Shown here piece after piece: positions 58,560 through 64,000 of a stretch of DNA of 64,000 bases (positions are counted from its first letter, which is position 1; the number at the start of each line of letters is the position of its first letter). The stretch covers positions 1-64,000 of the forward strand of contig NIVC01001130.1 in assembly GCA_002269645.1 (NCBI GenBank), read 5' to 3'. The position numbers were made by a program, and so were the translations under genes. The notes under the pieces were generated by a model that had not been told where the DNA came from, made no database searches, and saw only the letters and a program-made list of their open reading frames with translations. Source of the DNA: Macrostomum lignano (Eukaryota).

Positions 58560-58830
58560 CAGACGGTCATCAAGGGCGGTTACATCATTTCGATTTCTAA
58601 ATCTCCAAACTGCACTGTGGTACTCTTCTTCATCTAGCTGCACTGATGTCCCGTCAAACGTAGAGACTCTTCTACTCGTTTGTCGAATCTGATCCGGCTT
58701 GAATAACTTTGACCATACTAATCTGCTCAGAAAATTATTTTGAGCGCCTGTGTCAAGTAGAAAGTCTACTTCTTGCTTCTCGATGCTTCCTATCGCTCCA
58801 TAGCTCGACTGGTTTACTAATTCAAATTTA
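58560..58830 (-). pseudogene. Retroelement aspartic protease remnant
   Basis: Manual translation GAIGSIEKQEVDFLLDTGAQNNFLS. Confidence 0.75.
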
Positions 58831-59146
58831 GATTTCAGAAAAATTTGCGACTGGTTATTCTTTCCGCTTCGGTTGGCGAGTTACAGGTTCAATTTCTTCT
58901 TCTTCAGCTGATGCAGGGTTTGCAGCAGCAGATGCCCCTACCCTGAGTCTTCACGAATTCAGTCCCTATGTTGAGTCTTCACGACTTCGATCCCTAAAAT
59001 AACTAACGAAGGTAAGCAGAAAGTCTCAAACTTCAAGAGTTGGTTTATTTCGGTCAGGTAGGGCCCTCATATAGTGATTCGAGTATACTGCCATTAGCTG
59101 GCTTAGTTTGAAACATTCAAAAAAATGTTTAATTTTTTGAGGGAAA

Positions 59147-59314
59147 TGTCGCGACTCTGTTAATCATTTCTTCATTTCACCTTCACTTGTCCCCTAATTA
59201 CTCTGTTTTCTCTCTTTCTGTCTAGTTCGATCTTGTTATTACTGCCTCTTTCCCTCGCCGCCTTCTGATTGGCTCTCCAATCTCGCTTCTTTCCTTAGTC
59301 GCGCACTCCACCCC
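59147..59314. repeat. Truncated LTR related to the solo LTR at 10419-10733
   Basis: Starts TGTCGCGAC; shares TTCTGATTGGCTCTCC and AGTCGCGCACTCCACCCC. Confidence 0.7.
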
Positions 59315-59319
59315 AGACT

Positions 59320-59720
59320 AACCTGGCGAGACGACGAGGACTGGCCTGGGCCGTGTTTCGTTCTGTGCGCTCCGTGTGCTCCATTCTGAGGCTCTGGATG
59401 ACGGGCTCAGGGCTCGGCTGTTTCAGGCGGTCGTTGAGACTGTCTTGATCATTGAGACGTTGAGACAACGCCGAGGCCTGGACCCTGACAGACGCCTTGG
59501 AGAGGCAGCTGGACGCTGCGCATGCACAAGGCGCTCTACATAAGGGCACGCTTGATGCGGTCTTCTGACCTGCTACGCGGGCGGCAACTTCGATTGGCTG
59601 GCCACGTCATCCAGTCGGAGGCCCCCGAGCCGCTGCACGCAGGCAAGGCCAAGGGCGAACGGGGAGATATCCGGACAGGCTTTTGACCGATGTTGGCGCC
59701 CCGGACCAAGCTTTCTGAGA
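59320..59720 (+). pseudogene. Non-LTR retrotransposon (RTE-like) RT C-terminal fragment
   Basis: LRARLFQAVVETVL, AWTLTDALERQLD and RQLRLAGHVI motifs across frameshifts. Confidence 0.65.
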
Positions 59721-60979
59721 GCCCAGAGACGCGCTCTCTGACTTCTCCCCCCTTTCTGGCCACTGCGTGGCTGGCGGGTGAAGTACTTTTGCTGTGTTGT
59801 GTTGTTGTTAGCGAGTTAAACAATATGTGCATATTATTAAAACAAATTATAGAAATTCGCTGATTGGCTAACAATTTAATACTGGTATTAGTAGTAACGT
59901 ACGCTAGTTTTATGCCCTATTTCAGTAATAAATAATGATAACAGAACTATAAACGATTTGAAATTGCAAACTTGTGAACATTGAGAAATGTAACCTGTTG
60001 GAGCTTTTTTAAGTCTCAGTAGAATCTGCACAAAATGCTTAGAGAAAGCTGCAGAACTGCTTGGAGATTAGCGGAATTTGCTCAGGGACTGTGCAAAACT
60101 GCTTATACACAAGCACTACACTGCTAAGGAGCCGTCCGGAGGGGGGCGAAATGGCTAGTACTACTTACTATATTCAAATGAGTACTATGCATCGCATGTA
60201 AGCTACGCGCGTTGTTCGTTATTTCTACGAGTATTATCTAATATATCTATCGATCCACCAAGCTATTTATCCGGAGGAGTTGTCAATTTAAAACTGCTAG
60301 AAATTACTCACTGTGTCTGGCTAAGTAGGCTGACTATCCTTAAATGATCATCGCATGTTAATATTTTTTGCAATGATATTTATGTCATTTTTCGCTAATA
60401 TCTACTTTTATGGAGCTGGTCAGTAATAAACGATGGGCACTAAATTATTCTACTTGGAAACGGAATAGCCGCTTATAATCTTTTGACCAAGTTGATCATT
60501 TTTTTAGGCAAAGCTCCCAAACCGGCTTGTAGGGCCTGGGAGAGAAAGGGATTTGCTGAATGTTTAGAATGGAATGTATAAATATTGTACAATAATAAAG
60601 TCTGCGAGTTCAAGCGACTTTGGTATGTTTGCTAAAGCATTGGGGTGGTCGGCTGTCTTCCTCCATTGATTTCTCTGTTTAGGGCGGTAAGATTACGTAA
60701 TTAGTGTGTGCAGTGAGGGCGGGTGCCGATTTCCTTGTCTGCTGCTGCTGCTGCGGTCGCTGCGCGGCTCTCGCCAAATATGCAGACATGTTGGGACAGA
60801 GGGAGGTGTACCAGTAAAGACGGCCGAGTGTGACAATACGAGGGTAAGAGTGACACGAACTGCATAGGCTAACCAGATCATATTCTTTTCCACTTAGGCA
60901 CCAACACCCTGCAGTATCCATCTTATTCCTTCACATACCCCACACTAATCGCTAATATCCGGTCAAGATCCAACACATT

Positions 60980-61765
60980 CTGTTCACACTCACACCCTAC
61001 CCTGCAAGATCCAACCCATATTCTGTCACATATCCCACACCCTACCCTGCAAGATCCAACCCCATATTCTGTCACATATCCCACACCCTACCCTGCAAGA
61101 TCCAACCCCATATTCTGTCACATATCCCACACCCTACCCTGCAAGATCCAACCCCATATTCTGTCACATATCCCACACCCTACCCTGCAAGATCCAACCC
61201 CATATTCTGTCACATATCCCACACCCTACCCTGCAAGATCCAACCCCATATTCTGTCACATATCCCACACCCTACCCTGCAAGATCCAACCCCATATTCT
61301 GTCACATATCCCACCCTACCCTGCAAGATCCAACCCCATATTCTGTCACATATCCCACACCCTACCCTTCACGATCCAACCCATATTCTGTCACATATCC
61401 CACACCCTACCCTTCACGATCCAACCCATATTCTGTCACATATCCCACACCCTACCCTGCAAGATCCAACCCCATATTCTGTCACATATCCCACACCCTA
61501 CCCTTCACGATCCAACCCATATTCTGTCACATATCCCACACCCTACCCTGCAAGATCCAACCCCATATTCTGTCACATATCCCACACCCTACCCTTCACG
61601 ATCCAACCCATATTCTGTCACATATCCCACACCCAACCCTGCAAGATCCAACCCCATATTCTGTCACATATCCCACACCCTACCCTTCACGATCCAACCC
61701 ATATTCTGTCACATATCCCGCACCCAACCCTGCAAGATCCACCCTATGCTCTGTCACACCCCACA
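60980..61765. repeat. 45/46-bp minisatellite, about 17 units
   Basis: CCACACCCTACCCTGCAAGATCCAACCCCATATTCTGTCACATATC and a CTTCACG variant. Confidence 0.95.
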
Positions 61766-62269
61766 CCATGCTGCAGTATCTTGCTTTACTTGAATTTCTG
61801 CTGCAGAAGCAAGCATCTATATAGGCCATGTTTGTAAATACTCGTAACTACATGTAACTTCATCAACTGCATTTAGCCGTAAGTCCCACAGCTATTTACA
61901 AGTAGGCTTTGACTTCAGAGCAGAGCTTGAGAGGCGAAGGATAACAAGGGCTGAGCTTATCCGCATGCAGCTAAGCAAACCTTGCCGTGCCTGGGCTGAC
62001 TGCGCCAAGCCTTTCTCTCTGCACCCTATTTATGCTAATTTGTTTCCCAATCAGGCGGGGCTTCTAAGCTAGTCTATTCCCGGCATAACTGGCGATGCGC
62101 ACCAGCTACCAGCAAACATGCACTCCATCGATTGTAGTTGGTGATAATATTCCTGTCTGGCTAAGCGGCTGGCGCAGAGGGGAGATTGTCGGGAAGACTA
62201 CGATTAAGTGGCTGGAGGGGGGAGAAATTAGGGAAGTTAGAGAAATCTGCGGAGAATGTGAAGAGTGGG

Positions 62270-62810
62270 GGAGAGAATAGAAGAGGGGAGAGGAGAGGAG
62301 AGAATGAGATAGGAGGGGATAAGAGGGAAAGGAGAGGCGAGGCGAAGAGAGGAAAGGAGGGGTAAGGTACTCGTAAGAGGGAAGAGGAGAGGAGAGGAGA
62401 GGAGGCGGTAAAGGTATGAGGGGACCGCTATGAGGTGAAGACGGCATGACTTGTTTTACATGTCATGCAGCCAAAAAAGCTCTGATGAAAGCCACCCAGA
62501 TCCCTCAGATCCTCAGAGTAGAATCCCGGGTCCTATTCTCTCCTCACCTCTCTTTTCTCTCCTCACATCTCCTCTTTTCTCTTACCCCCTCGTCTCCTCT
62601 ACTCTCCTCTCCTCTCCTCTCCTCTCCTCTCCTCTCCTCTCCTCTCCTCTCCTCTCCTCTCCTCTCCTCTCCTCTCCTCTCCTCTCCTCTCCTCTCTTCT
62701 CCTCTCCTATCCTCTACTCTCCTCTCCTCTCCTTTCCTCTCCTATCCTATCCTATCCTCTCCTCTTCCCTCATACCTTAACCCCTCCTCTTCTCTCGTCT
62801 CCTCACCTCT
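62270..62810. repeat. Purine-rich (GGAGA-like) tract and (CTCCT)n microsatellite
   Basis: 62270-62405 and ~62590-62760. Confidence 0.9.
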
Positions 62811-63734
62811 CCCTAAAGAGAGGCGAGAGGCTAAGGAGATAGATGCTTACAGAAGACAATCGCAGAAAAATAGCAGCTCGAAAAATGAAGCAGAGAAGAA
62901 GTGATGAAAGATCAGAGTAGGAGATCAATATTCTAGCTCGTAGTACCCTCTTATTTCGAATTTTTCATCTGGTCGGGACTTGAATTGGGACACCTTCGCT
63001 CTGGATGATGAGAAAGAAGCTGGGATCGTAGCAAGGAGTTTTGTTGGGGAGGATTTGTGATTTTTTGTTTGCCAAGACGGCGCTCACCTCTCTCAGGCCC
63101 TCCCGAGCTGGTGCAGACCGCGGACTGCAGGATTTGCATATACAAGCTTAGGACGAGGCTCTTGTGCTTCGTGGAGCGGAATCTGATGCTCAGTTAATGA
63201 GAGCTGCACCTCCTCGTGTGCCCCCTGCCTCCGATCTGATGTTGGACTTCTTTTCTGGCACAGTGGCATCGCTATATTGGGATTGCTTGCCAGGGTGTCC
63301 GACAGGGGGCGGTGGGGTCACGGCTATTCTATACACGAGCTGAGCACTTGTCTGCTGGCGGCTTGACACTTCTCTGTTTCATTCGATCGATTCCGCAGAG
63401 TTGACAAGGTCATGGAGCCCGCCTTGCGGTTTCCTGTTTCCAGTTAATCTTCATCGAAATTAAACTCTCCAGTTCTGACCAACCTCACCCCCACCCCCCA
63501 GGCGTCATCCTCTGCAGAGCTGCAGGTTCGATCTGAGCTCTTCTCAGAATATGACGACCTCTGCGTTATGGAATATCGCTTGCTTCAGCTTCAGGATTTT
63601 TATACCAGTACTTGTAAAGAGTACATACAGCACCCTTAACTGTTAGGGGGTTTGGACTTTTATCTGTAAATTTTCTTAAAATTTTCACATGGGAAATTGA
63701 GACTCTGGTTTATAATTTTAAATGACCAGGTGAT

Positions 63735-64000
63735 CTTGTGTTGGATGCATGCAGGTGATTGTGTGGGGATGAATCCAGGTGATCTGTGTGGGGATGAATC
63801 CAGGTGATCTGTGTGGGGATGAATCCAGGTGATCTGTGTGGGGATGAATCCAGGTGATCTGTGTGGGGATGAATCCAGGTGATCTGTGTGGGGATGAATC
63901 CAGGTGATCTGTGTGGGGATGAATCCAGGTGATCTGTGTGGGGATGAATCCAGGTGATCTTGTGTTGGATGCATGCAGGTGATTGTGTGGGGATGAATCC
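63735..64000. repeat. 25-bp minisatellite running off the window edge
   Basis: GTGTGGGGATGAATCCAGGTGATCT repeated, flanked by longer variant units. Confidence 0.95.

Noticed and set aside
60679-60921. Possible host exon (minus strand, TGCAG acceptor near 60861)
   Set aside because: No recognisable protein in any frame and no partner exon identified
60980-61765. CRISPR array
   Set aside because: Contiguous tandem units with no unique spacers, no cas genes, eukaryotic context
62106-63974. ORFs 62106-62447, 62446-62904, 62451-62780 and 63660-63974
   Set aside because: Translations of microsatellite and minisatellite sequence

Overview
Eukaryotic (probably invertebrate animal) genomic DNA. Positions 1 to ~51,950 are a same-orientation (all minus-strand) nested and tandem array of one Ty3/Gypsy-type LTR retroelement family: about 12 LTRs, three near-full-length copies and several deleted ones. 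Tiling the overlapping ORFs of different copies reconstructs an unusual genome. A single reading frame of ~2,500 aa runs Gag(CA-NC) - acidic linker - internal signal peptide - herpesvirus-gB/chuvirus-like class III envelope glycoprotein - TM - tail with YPxI/PTAP/PPxY late-domain motifs - PR - RT - RNase H - IN, so env lies inside the polyprotein between gag and pol. Two paralogous tandem-RING accessory genes follow pol. RING-A has an N-myristoylation motif and is preceded by a covarying pseudoknot; RING-B is preceded by a conserved splice acceptor. No single copy is fully intact. The last 12 kb holds a virus-like deoxynucleoside kinase ORF, fragments of other Gypsy elements, an RTE-like LINE fragment, a MITE and minisatellites. 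No searches were run; homology calls rest on motifs read by eye.
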